Source of the DNA: Candidatus Eiseniibacteriota bacterium
GTDB taxonomy: Bacteria; Eisenbacteria; RBG-16-71-46; CAZAMP01
DNA length: 64,000 bases
Direction: 5' to 3'
NCBI GenBank assembly: GCA_965224245.1
Contig: OZ245046.1
Span: 224,001 to 288,000, forward strand
Made by a program: the position numbers and the translations under genes. The notes under the pieces are model-generated. The model was not told the DNA's origin and did not search any database. It was given only the letters and a program-made list of their open reading frames with translations. Every line of letters begins with the position of its first letter. Within the stretch, counting starts at the first letter, position 1. Shown here piece by piece: positions 20,599-29,338 of the stretch.

Positions 20599-20983
20599 CC
20601 CACTCGAGCCAGGGAGCCACGTATTGAGGGCTCGCTGCCCACGCCGGGCGCATGAACGTGTCTCTCTGAACGGGATCCTCTCCTAGGCCGCTCTGCGCAC
20701 GACGTCCGTGCGCGAGGATCCAAGGCTCGGACTCTCGACCCGATGTCAGGCGTCGAGCGTTGGAGCGATCTGGATCGATGGAGCGACCTCCCAGAGCTGT
20801 ACATGACGGTCTCCTCCCTTCGGCCACCCTCGAGCGCTCCGACGTCTGCGCGTCGCTGCCGTTCACTGGAGCCGGCAGCGTCGAACGACGGTCGAAGCGC
20901 GCCCCGCACGACGCGAGGCGTCACGTATGGCCTTCGTCGGTGATGGGTCACGTCACCGGCGTCCGAGCGACGGAGGTTGAGCG

Positions 20984-22468
20984 ATGGAGTCGCGCAGATT
21001 CACCGCGGTGCTCGTCATGCTGCTGGGCGGACTCGTTCCAGCGGCGGCCGCCGAGCTGCTCCCGATCGAGCAGCTCGGGAAGGAGCTCTTCTTCGACCAA
21101 CTCTCGAGTCCCGATCGCCAATCATGTGCATCCTGCCACGCACCACAGGTCGGCTTCACGGGACCCAACCCGGGCATCAACGGTCACGGCGGCGTGTATC
21201 GCGGCGCCGTACCGACGCGCTTCGGCGGCCGGAAGCCACCCAGCTCGGCCTACGCGACACTGAGCCCGATCTTCCAGTACGACGACGTGGAGGAGCTCTT
21301 CCTGGGGGGCAACTTCTGGGACGGTCGCGCCACGGGATGGACGCTCGGGAGCCCGGCCGCCGAACAGGCGCTCGGTCCGTTCCTGAACCCCGTCGAGCAG
21401 AACAACCCCAGCAAGCTCGCCGTGCTGGAGCAGGTGGCCGGGGAGAGCTACGCCGACCTCTGGGAGATCGTCTGGGGTGCCCCGCTCGTCTTCGGCACCG
21501 ACGACGAGGTCGACACGAACTACGTTCGTATCGGACTCGCGATCGCCGCGTACGAGGGCTCGCCCGAGGTGAACGCCTTCTCGTCGAAGTTCGATTACTT
21601 CCTGGCCGGGGAGGCCGAGCTGACCCCCGAGGAGGCGTGGGGAATGGAGCTGTTCAACGGCGAAGCGAACTGCGCCGCATGCCATCCCGCGCCGCTCTTC
21701 ACGGACTTCACCTATGACAACGTCGGCATCCCGCGCAACCCGGCGAACCCGTTCTACCGCATGAATCGCGTCTACCTCGACGATGGAACGCCCATCAATC
21801 CGCTGGGATTCGACTGGGTCGATCCGGGTCTCGGGGGCTTCCTGGAGTCGTTGCCCGAGGACTTCTTCACCGACCTGGGTCTCGTCAAGGACGCCGCGGT
21901 GGCGGAGAACCTCGGCAAGCACCGCGTGCCGACGCTTCGCAACGTGGGGCTCCGACCGGGCCTGGGCTTCCCGAAGGCGTACATGCACAACGCCGCGCTG
22001 AAGTCGCTGAAGGAAGTCGTCCACTTCTACAACACGCGAGACGTCGAGGAGTGGGCGCCGCCCGAGGTCCTCGAGAACCTGAACGACGAGGAGCTCGGTG
22101 ACCTCGGTCTCACGGACGCCGAAGAGGATGCGCTCGTCGCGTTCATGAACACGCTCTCCGATGGATACGTGCCCGGAGCTGTGGAGCGACCGCTTGCCGG
22201 ACTCGTGTCCAGTGGGGATCTTCGCGTGGTCGGGCGGCATCCCGCGCCGGCGATTCAACTGGCCTACGACGTCCCGCGCGACGGCGCGGTCCGGCTCGAC
22301 GTCTTCGACGCGTCAGGACGCCACGTCGCGACGCTGTCCGATGGATGGCAGAGCCAGGGACAGCATCGCGCATGGTGGTCGACACCGTCGTCGTCGGCCG
22401 GCGTGTACGTGGTTCGTCTCGCCCAGGCCGGCTCGACCACGACCCGGAAGGTCGTCGTGACTCGCTGA
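20984..22468 (+). CDS. di-heme cytochrome c peroxidase (CCP/MauG family) with C-terminal sorting domain
   Basis: GGAGGT RBS, signal peptide. LGKELFFD, CASCH, FWDGRA, CAACH, VPTLRNV, YMHN. Tail FDASGRHVATL...AGVYVVRL...RKVVVTR. Confidence 0.92.
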   Translation: MESRRFTAVLVMLLGGLVPAAAAELLPIEQLGKELFFDQLSSPDRQSCASCHAPQVGFTGPNPGINGHGGVYRGAVPTRFGGRKPPSSAYATLSPIFQYDDVEELFLGGNFWDGRATGWTLGSPAAEQALGPFLNPVEQNNPSKLAVLEQVAGESYADLWEIVWGAPLVFGTDDEVDTNYVRIGLAIAAYEGSPEVNAFSSKFDYFLAGEAELTPEEAWGMELFNGEANCAACHPAPLFTDFTYDNVGIPRNPANPFYRMNRVYLDDGTPINPLGFDWVDPGLGGFLESLPEDFFTDLGLVKDAAVAENLGKHRVPTLRNVGLRPGLGFPKAYMHNAALKSLKEVVHFYNTRDVEEWAPPEVLENLNDEELGDLGLTDAEEDALVAFMNTLSDGYVPGAVERPLAGLVSSGDLRVVGRHPAPAIQLAYDVPRDGAVRLDVFDASGRHVATLSDGWQSQGQHRAWWSTPSSSAGVYVVRLAQAGSTTTRKVVVTR

Positions 22469-22562
22469 TTCTCCACACTGAGCGCGGGGCGTGATCGGGG
22501 TGACCGGTCACTCCCGCGCGACCGATCTCGAGCGTTCATCGGTGATCCCGCTCGGATCCCGC

Positions 22563-25500
22563 TCAGGGCATACGGACGATCTTCAGCGTGTCGGTACCGT
22601 ACGGCGTGGCCAGCCGGATGAAGTAGATACCGCTCTGCACGCGCGCGCCGGCCGCGTCGCGACCGTCCCAGGTCGTCTCGTGATACCCCTCGGCGATGGG
22701 CTCGTCGATCAACGTGGCGACGCGACGTCCGGCCACGTCGTACACGGCGACCTCGGTCGGGGCGCCGCCGGGCGCTCCGAACGATCGGTACGTCACCACG
22801 AGCGCGTCGCCCCGCATCGGGCGAGGCCGTGCCGAGAGCACGGCGGAGGTCGGCGACCGGATCTCCGCCACGAGCAGCCGGCGTCCGAGTCCATCGACGG
22901 CGATCAGTCGATAGCGATCCGCATCCGCGTCCGGCGCCAGGACCAGCTCGACGGCACGGAGCTCCTCGGCCAGCGGGGACCACGTCCCGTGGGTCAGACG
23001 CTCGACGTCGTACCCGCGAAGGTCCTCGAGCCCGGGCTCCGTGGCCCAGCGCAACACGGGCCGTCCCGTTCCGTTCGCCAGGTCGAGCCGGAAGAACATC
23101 GCGGTGATGTCGGCCTCGATCGTGAACGTCCCCTCGGTACGCGTGATCGACCCGGTGAGCCAGGGGTCACCCGATCCCGGTGCGGGATCGAGTCGCCGCG
23201 CTTCCACCCGAGCGTAACGCGTGGGCACGTTCGGCACCGTGAACTCGACGAGGCCGGGCCCGACGCCGGCGGCCAGCGGCTGCCAGGTCGCACCGCCATC
23301 CACCGACAGCACGAGATCGACCCGCCCGGTGCCGGACACATCGAGGCTTCTCACGGCACCGACCGGCCACGCGTCACCCGGCTCGGTCGGCGCTCCGAGC
23401 TCCACCGCCGTGGTTCGATAGCGAAGTCGATCGGCCGTGTTGTCGAAGTGAACGACTCTGGGGTTGTCCTGGCCGTCGAGCGCGAGCGACGGAGCGAACC
23501 CGGCGGACTCGGGGCCGTCGTCGAGATCGAGCAGCATCCAGCCGTCCCCGGCGTTGCGGTACACCGCGAGGTCGGCGACACCCGGTAGCTGGAGCGCGAG
23601 ATACTCGGCGCCGTCGCCGGCGATCGCGAACGACATGGGCTGTATCACGTCGGCGCCGACGTTCAGGACCGTATCGAGCGACCACGAGCCATCGGGATTC
23701 TGCCGTGCGATCCGGACCTCGTCGGACGTGCGCTCCTGGTAGGTGATCCGGGGAAGTCGATCCGGACCGAGCTCGAGCTCGACCCGCCCCACGTTGCCGA
23801 CGTCCACCACCTCGGGCACCGACCAGCTCCCGTCCCAGCGTAGGTACACGAGCTCGGACGAGATCGACCGCACCCCGGCCGCGTGTGCGGTACCGGCCGG
23901 ATCCACCGCCAGTCCATTGTCGCGCGATCCGCTGAACCCCGTGCCGAGCGGAGAGACGATCCAGCCACCACCGGTGTCCAGGGCGTGGATCAGCTCGGTG
24001 TCGTCGTCGGAGAACGCGATGATGTGCGTCGTGCCCGACTCGTCCACGCCCACCGAGGGCTGGTAGTAGATGCTGGGCGCGATCGGCTCGACCGTCCAGG
24101 CGCTTCCGTCGTGGACGGCGTACCGAAGCTCCACCTCCTCCTCGGCGTACGCGGCGTGGAGCCGCCCGTCCGGTCCTCGGGTGAGGTCGGGCTCGGTGAT
24201 GGTGCCGGTGTCGATCAGCTCGGCGTCCCAGCCGGTCCGTCCGCGCCGGAGGACCTGCGCTCCGGGGGGACCGCCCGTCAGGATCACCGTGCTTCCCGCC
24301 TCGGTCACGATCAGGGCCGACTGGAGGAACGTCGCACCCACGAGGGTCTCGTCGGTCCACGCGAGCGTGCGCGTGCGCCCGATCGAGAACGGGGCGAGCT
24401 GAACCTCGCTCGTGCCCGCGGTGACGGGAACGCCGGTCGTGCTCACGCGGACGAACGCCTCGTCGGTCTCGACGTCCGGGGCATGGACGACGAGCGGGTT
24501 CTCGTCCTCTCCGCCCACGCCCGAGGCGAGCACGTCCCACGTGAGTCCGCCGTCGATCGAGAGCGCGACGTCGGCGAGATCCCGGCCCCGCCAGCGAATG
24601 GTGGCGGTCTCTCCCGCGTTCCACCGGTCGCCGGCCCCGGGAGCGAGCAGGCGATAGGGATAGGTGCGAACCAGGGTGACCGTGCCTCGTGTGCTACCGC
24701 CCGCCTGGTTGTCGCCGGCGAGTACGACGGGATCTCCGTCGTCGTGGTACGTCGGTGTGAAGCCGACCTGGAGCCCGAAGAAGTCGTCGCCGTCCCGTCC
24801 GGGGATCGCGAGATCCGCCGTTCCGTCGAGCGCGGCACCACCCCGGTACACGTAGACCAGCGCGTCGAGCGTTCCCGCGATGATGTCGGCGATGCCGTCC
24901 CCATCGGCATCTCCACACGCCAGATCGGTTCCCAGGCGTCGAGAGGGCTCGTTTCCGTCGATGGCGAGGTCCCAGGATTCGTCGAAGAGAGGACCGCCCG
25001 CGTAGACGTAGATCCGACCGGCCGAGCTGAACGCCGTGTCGTCCTCGGACGCGGCCACGACGACGTCCTGGAGTCCGTCTCCGTCGACGTCGGCCACCTC
25101 GACGCGCCATCCGAACGCCGAGGTCAGTGGCCCGACCAGTGTCCGGTCCTGGAAGCTGTCGAGCGCGGCGCCCCCGAAGAACACCTTGACCTCGTTGACC
25201 GCCTCCGCGCCGATGACCACGTCCACCCTGCCGTCGAAGTTGACGTCACCGCCCGCGAGGGAGGAGCCGAGATGCTCGTGGACGCCGGGATCCCCCGTGA
25301 ACGTCAGGTCGGGGATGCCGTCGGGCGTGCTTCCGCCGAGCACGAGCTGAACCCGTCCCCGGAAGTACACACCGTCGGTATAGTCGGGCATCGCCACGAG
25401 CACGTCGTCGTATCCGTCGCCGTTCACGTCGCCCGCTCCGCCGACGACGTCTCCGAGCGAGAAGCCCGATCCGTTCACGATCACGTCCGCGACGACGTCC

Positions 25501-25916
25501 CCGTCGGTTCCCCCGAAGAAGATGTACGCACGCCCGTCGCCGGAGGCGTACTCGGGTGCGCCCACCACGACGTCGTCATATCCGTCGCCGTTCACGTCTC
25601 CGGCCCCGTCGACGCTCGCGCCGAAGTCCTCGTTCGGATCGGAGCCGGTGAAGGTCAGGTCCGGCGTGTCGTCCGCGTCCGGTCCTCCGAAGAAGACGTG
25701 CACGTAGCCCGGCGCCGAGAGCGGGAGCGCACTGGCCACCACGTCTCCGTAGCCGTCGCCGTTGACGTCACCCGCGCCCTCGACGATCCAGCCGAAGCGG
25801 TCCAGGGCGGCGTCACCGACGAGAACGTCTCCGCGTTCCCAGGATTGGGAGAGCGCGGGCGTCGTGATCGCGGTGAGAGTGATGAGGAGCGTCGTCGGTG
25901 TGGGGTGCGGGCGCAT
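22563..25916 (-). CDS. FG-GAP repeat protein with additional propeller/Ig-like domains and C-terminal FlgD/T9SS-like domain
   Basis: Signal peptide, AGDVNGDGYDDVVVGA repeats, tail YDVAGRRVATL...WDGRD...SGIYFIRL. Confidence 0.88.
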   Translation of the reverse strand: MRPHPTPTTLLITLTAITTPALSQSWERGDVLVGDAALDRFGWIVEGAGDVNGDGYGDVVASALPLSAPGYVHVFFGGPDADDTPDLTFTGSDPNEDFGASVDGAGDVNGDGYDDVVVGAPEYASGDGRAYIFFGGTDGDVVADVIVNGSGFSLGDVVGGAGDVNGDGYDDVLVAMPDYTDGVYFRGRVQLVLGGSTPDGIPDLTFTGDPGVHEHLGSSLAGGDVNFDGRVDVVIGAEAVNEVKVFFGGAALDSFQDRTLVGPLTSAFGWRVEVADVDGDGLQDVVVAASEDDTAFSSAGRIYVYAGGPLFDESWDLAIDGNEPSRRLGTDLACGDADGDGIADIIAGTLDALVYVYRGGAALDGTADLAIPGRDGDDFFGLQVGFTPTYHDDGDPVVLAGDNQAGGSTRGTVTLVRTYPYRLLAPGAGDRWNAGETATIRWRGRDLADVALSIDGGLTWDVLASGVGGEDENPLVVHAPDVETDEAFVRVSTTGVPVTAGTSEVQLAPFSIGRTRTLAWTDETLVGATFLQSALIVTEAGSTVILTGGPPGAQVLRRGRTGWDAELIDTGTITEPDLTRGPDGRLHAAYAEEEVELRYAVHDGSAWTVEPIAPSIYYQPSVGVDESGTTHIIAFSDDDTELIHALDTGGGWIVSPLGTGFSGSRDNGLAVDPAGTAHAAGVRSISSELVYLRWDGSWSVPEVVDVGNVGRVELELGPDRLPRITYQERTSDEVRIARQNPDGSWSLDTVLNVGADVIQPMSFAIAGDGAEYLALQLPGVADLAVYRNAGDGWMLLDLDDGPESAGFAPSLALDGQDNPRVVHFDNTADRLRYRTTAVELGAPTEPGDAWPVGAVRSLDVSGTGRVDLVLSVDGGATWQPLAAGVGPGLVEFTVPNVPTRYARVEARRLDPAPGSGDPWLTGSITRTEGTFTIEADITAMFFRLDLANGTGRPVLRWATEPGLEDLRGYDVERLTHGTWSPLAEELRAVELVLAPDADADRYRLIAVDGLGRRLLVAEIRSPTSAVLSARPRPMRGDALVVTYRSFGAPGGAPTEVAVYDVAGRRVATLIDEPIAEGYHETTWDGRDAAGARVQSGIYFIRLATPYGTDTLKIVRMP

Positions 25917-26123
25917 GGGCTGTCCTTCCGGATCGGGCTAGATCGGCTTCCGGGAAAGAGAATGCGCGCACACGCGCGACATGGCCCCCGGTTCGCCCGG
26001 ACCTGCGGTCGTCGTCGCGAGATGAACGATCATAGCACGCGCGGACGTCAGAGAATGACGGGCGGGCTCGTGCGGTCGTCGTCCTGCCGAGATTCCGCGC
26101 GCAGGCCACGACGCGTGTCGCCT

Positions 26124-27479
26124 CTACCGTGTGACCGGCGGCTCCCCGCCGGCGGTGACCGAGGTGGCCGCGTCGTCGAACGCCGCGAGATGGGTCCTCA
26201 GCTCGGCCAGCGACTCAGGTCGATCGCGGGAGAGATCGCGTGTCTCCAGCGGGTCGGCGACGACGTCGAAGAGCTGTTCCCATCCCCGGTCGTCACGGAT
26301 CAGCTTCTCCGAGCCGATCCGCACGCTCCATAGCGCGTGATCGAAGCGCTCCACCTGCTCTCGTGGCGGTGGGGGACTCCAGTGCCGTTCCACCAGCGTC
26401 CTCGGACGCGCGTACTCCGCGAACACGGGGTCCGAGAGCGGTGTCACCTGGCGCCCGGAGAGGCGGCGTGCACGGCTGACCCCGGAGAGCTCCCGTGCGT
26501 CGAAGTCCAGGTGGAGCAGATCCAGGAGCGAGGGCATCAGGTCGACCAGGCCGAAGGGCTCGGAGATGCGCGTGTTCGGCGGGCATGCCGATGGAAACCG
26601 GATCGCCATCGGAATCCGCAGCACCGGTTCGTACAGGGAGAACTCGTGTCCCACCAGGGCGTGCTCCCCGAGATGCTCACCGTGATCCGAGACGAGCACG
26701 ATCATGACGTCGTCGAGCGGCGTGATCTCGGACAGCCCGTCGACGAGCCGTCCGACGAGCTCGTCCACGTACGCCACCTCCGCCAGATAGAGGCGCCGGG
26801 CCTCATCGAGATCCAGCGCGGATCCGTCGGGATCGAGGTTGAAGCGCTTCGCGTCGTCCACGGAGACGGACGAGCCGTCGGTCGCCACCTCGAAGCGCTC
26901 CATGACGTCGAGCGGCGGCTCGTACGGCAGGTGCGCCTCGAGGTAGTTCACGAAGAGGAAGAACGGCCGATCGGAGTCGACGACCGTCTCGACCCACGTC
27001 AGCGCCTGACGGGTGGCTTCCGCGCCACCCTTCTCGCGCTCGTGGACGCCCCACTTGTAGACCTCCTTGAAGACCTGGAAGCCCTGCGAGAACCCGGTCT
27101 GCGCGTTGATCCACGGATTGCAGCTGAACCCACCGGTCGCGTGCCCGGTCTCGGCGAGCCGCTCGGCCAGCGTCGTGAACCCGAGCTCGAGCGCGAACCG
27201 CTCGTGCTGGGCTCGGTGCTCGTGAGGGTGAAGCCCCGTGAACAACGTTGCGTGGGACGGCACCGTCCACGGCGCGGGCGCGTAGGCCTGCTCGACGGAC
27301 ACGCTCTCGCTCCACAGCCGGTCGAGCTCGGGGGTGACGGGGCGCCCGTTCAGCTCGGCTCCGAGGGCGTCGGCGCGCACGGTGTCCAGCACGATGACGA
27401 CGAGGCTCGGAGGGGGCGGCTCGCTGCAGCCCGCGATGAGTAACGTCAGGCTCAGGGCAGGGGTCAGTGTCCGCCGCAC
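26124..27479 (-). CDS. sulfatase-like lipoprotein (alkaline phosphatase superfamily)
   Basis: GGAGG RBS, GTG start, lipobox IAGC. LDTVRAD, WTVPSHATLFTG, NYLEAHLPY, SDHGE, LFDVVADPLE. Confidence 0.88.
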   Translation of the reverse strand: MRRTLTPALSLTLLIAGCSEPPPPSLVVIVLDTVRADALGAELNGRPVTPELDRLWSESVSVEQAYAPAPWTVPSHATLFTGLHPHEHRAQHERFALELGFTTLAERLAETGHATGGFSCNPWINAQTGFSQGFQVFKEVYKWGVHEREKGGAEATRQALTWVETVVDSDRPFFLFVNYLEAHLPYEPPLDVMERFEVATDGSSVSVDDAKRFNLDPDGSALDLDEARRLYLAEVAYVDELVGRLVDGLSEITPLDDVMIVLVSDHGEHLGEHALVGHEFSLYEPVLRIPMAIRFPSACPPNTRISEPFGLVDLMPSLLDLLHLDFDARELSGVSRARRLSGRQVTPLSDPVFAEYARPRTLVERHWSPPPPREQVERFDHALWSVRIGSEKLIRDDRGWEQLFDVVADPLETRDLSRDRPESLAELRTHLAAFDDAATSVTAGGEPPVTR

Positions 27480-27495
27480 GTGCCGGCCTCCATCT

Positions 27496-28155
27496 TCAGT
27501 CGGATCCGGGAGCGCCGAGGCTCGCGACCATTCGCGCCTGGAGGGCGGCCGCCTCCTCGTCGCCGAGCCCTTCATCGGTGAGTGTGCGCCAGGTCCAGAA
27601 GTCCACCGCGAGGCGGAGTGCCGCGCGGACCTCGCTCATCACCGGGGCCGGTCCACGCGTGCCCGCGGAGCCGCCTTCGCCCGTCGAGGACGCTCCTCGT
27701 CCCACCATCAGCGAGTCCACGACGCGCTCGATCACCGGCCACCACTTGCGATCCAGGATCTCGTCCAGCGCGGGTACGAGCGCACCGTCCCTCAGCGTGT
27801 GCTCCAGCATCTCGCCCGAGCGCCGGTAGTACGCGTACATCTCCGCGATCGCCCGGTAGGTCCGGACGTCGGGATCCTCGATCCCGGCCCACGACGCGGG
27901 ATCGGGCGGCAGGTTCCGCGACACCCAGTGGGAGCTGCACGCATCGAGCAGCTCGGCGTCGGTGGGGAAGTGGTTGTACACGGTCATGCGGCGCACGCCG
28001 GCCCGCTTGGCGATCTCGCTCACCGTGGTCCGGGCCGGCCCCACCGAGCCGTGTAGCTCGACCGCCGCCTCGGTGATGCGGCGGCGGGTGTCCTCGAGGC
28101 GGCGGGCTCGCTCTTTGAGCTCGTAGCGCCGTGTCTTTTTTTCGTTTGACGTCAT
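27496..28155 (-). CDS. TetR/AcrR family transcriptional regulator
   Basis: N-terminal HTH TTVSEIAKRAGVRRMTVYNHFP. Confidence 0.9.
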   Translation of the reverse strand: MTSNEKKTRRYELKERARRLEDTRRRITEAAVELHGSVGPARTTVSEIAKRAGVRRMTVYNHFPTDAELLDACSSHWVSRNLPPDPASWAGIEDPDVRTYRAIAEMYAYYRRSGEMLEHTLRDGALVPALDEILDRKWWPVIERVVDSLMVGRGASSTGEGGSAGTRGPAPVMSEVRAALRLAVDFWTWRTLTDEGLGDEEAAALQARMVASLGAPGSD

Positions 28156-28230
28156 GTCAAATCAATCTTGACAGATCTCTGCAACCTCGTCTACTCTCCG
28201 CTCGTCAATTCGATTGACAGATAGTATAAT
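28155..28230. promoter_or_regulatory. divergent promoter region with putative TetR operators
   Basis: Palindromes TGTCAA-N7-TTGACA (28155-28173) and GTCAAT-N3-ATTGAC (28204-28218). TTGACAGAT occurs twice. TATAAT at 28225-28230. Confidence 0.65.
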
Positions 28231-28244
28231 GAAAGGAGTCACCG

Positions 28245-28787
28245 ATGTCACCCCAGACGCTCACGGACCACGGGCCGGCCACCCGCGCCGGTAATGTCCA
28301 GTCATCAAACGGATTGGAGGATCACGAGCTACTCTACCGGTTCGAGGGTCGCCTCCTGGATCAGCGTCCGCTGGGGCACTTCTCCGAGGGGCTGCGCTTC
28401 GAGAACCCGTTCGAGGGGGCCATCACCGGCGGCCTCCTCTCCGGCGCCAGGATGTCGGGTCTGGACTACCTCCTGGTTCGCCCCGACGGGGTGGCCGTCA
28501 TCGACGCACCGGAGACGATCCAGCACCCCGACGGTCCCGTGATCGCCCACGCCCGCGGCTACGTCATGCCGTCGGTGGGTCTGGCGGTCCCGCCGCTGGA
28601 GACGATCGCGTCGCCGGAGTTCGCCTGGCCCTCGGTCCCGTTCGCGATCACCGGCTTCGTGCTCTACCGCACGGCCGTCACCCGCTTCGAGGAGCTGAAC
28701 CGGGTCGCGGGCGCGCTCGTGGGCGAGGTGGACATGTCGAACGGACGACTCGTCGTGGAGGCTCGCGTGAGCTCGCGACGCCCGTGA
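28245..28787 (+). CDS. hypothetical protein, DUF3237-like beta-barrel
   Basis: AAGGAG RBS. Patterns GxDYLLVRPDGVAVIDA and RFEELNR resemble DUF3237 proteins. Confidence 0.65.
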   Translation: MSPQTLTDHGPATRAGNVQSSNGLEDHELLYRFEGRLLDQRPLGHFSEGLRFENPFEGAITGGLLSGARMSGLDYLLVRPDGVAVIDAPETIQHPDGPVIAHARGYVMPSVGLAVPPLETIASPEFAWPSVPFAITGFVLYRTAVTRFEELNRVAGALVGEVDMSNGRLVVEARVSSRRP

Positions 28788-28870
28788 AACCGGTCGCGAA
28801 CCGCTGCCCGCCGATCGCACCGGGAGCTACCGATGAACAGATGTCGTTTGCACGAAACGAGGAGGACGCC

Positions 28871-29335
28871 ATGTTGACCGTACAGACGCAAGAGCTCGAG
28901 CTCGCCCGCTTCGCGAGATCGAAGGACCCGGCCCGGACCATCGACGCGACCTGGCCGATCTACCGTGACCTCGGCACCGCCAGCACCGCGGTCGTCTACT
29001 TCGAGCTCGAGCCCGGCATGCACCTCGGCATGCACACCGACAGCGCCGAGGAGCTCCTGGTTGTGCTCGAGGGCGAGGTGGAGGCGGTGGTCGGCGACGA
29101 GCGCGGCCGGATCCGGGCCGGAGGGATGGCCGTGGTTCCGGCTCGGGTCCCGCACGACGTGATCAGCGTGGGCTCGACACGCGCGCGCGTGGTCGGCGTG
29201 TTCCCGAGCAACTCCATCGTGAGCGTGTTCGAGGAGGGCTTCGCGCCGAGCGGAAGCCGTGTGGTGGGCACGCCGATGCCGCCCGAGGCGAGCGAGGCCG
29301 AGGGGGCTCCGGGTCGCGCGCACGCGGTCGGTTGA
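28871..29335 (+). CDS. cupin domain protein
   Basis: GAGGAGG RBS. FELEPG-x4-MHTDSAEELLVVLEG and VVPARVPH motifs. Confidence 0.88.
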   Translation: MLTVQTQELELARFARSKDPARTIDATWPIYRDLGTASTAVVYFELEPGMHLGMHTDSAEELLVVLEGEVEAVVGDERGRIRAGGMAVVPARVPHDVISVGSTRARVVGVFPSNSIVSVFEEGFAPSGSRVVGTPMPPEASEAEGAPGRAHAVG

Positions 29336-29338
29336 GGG

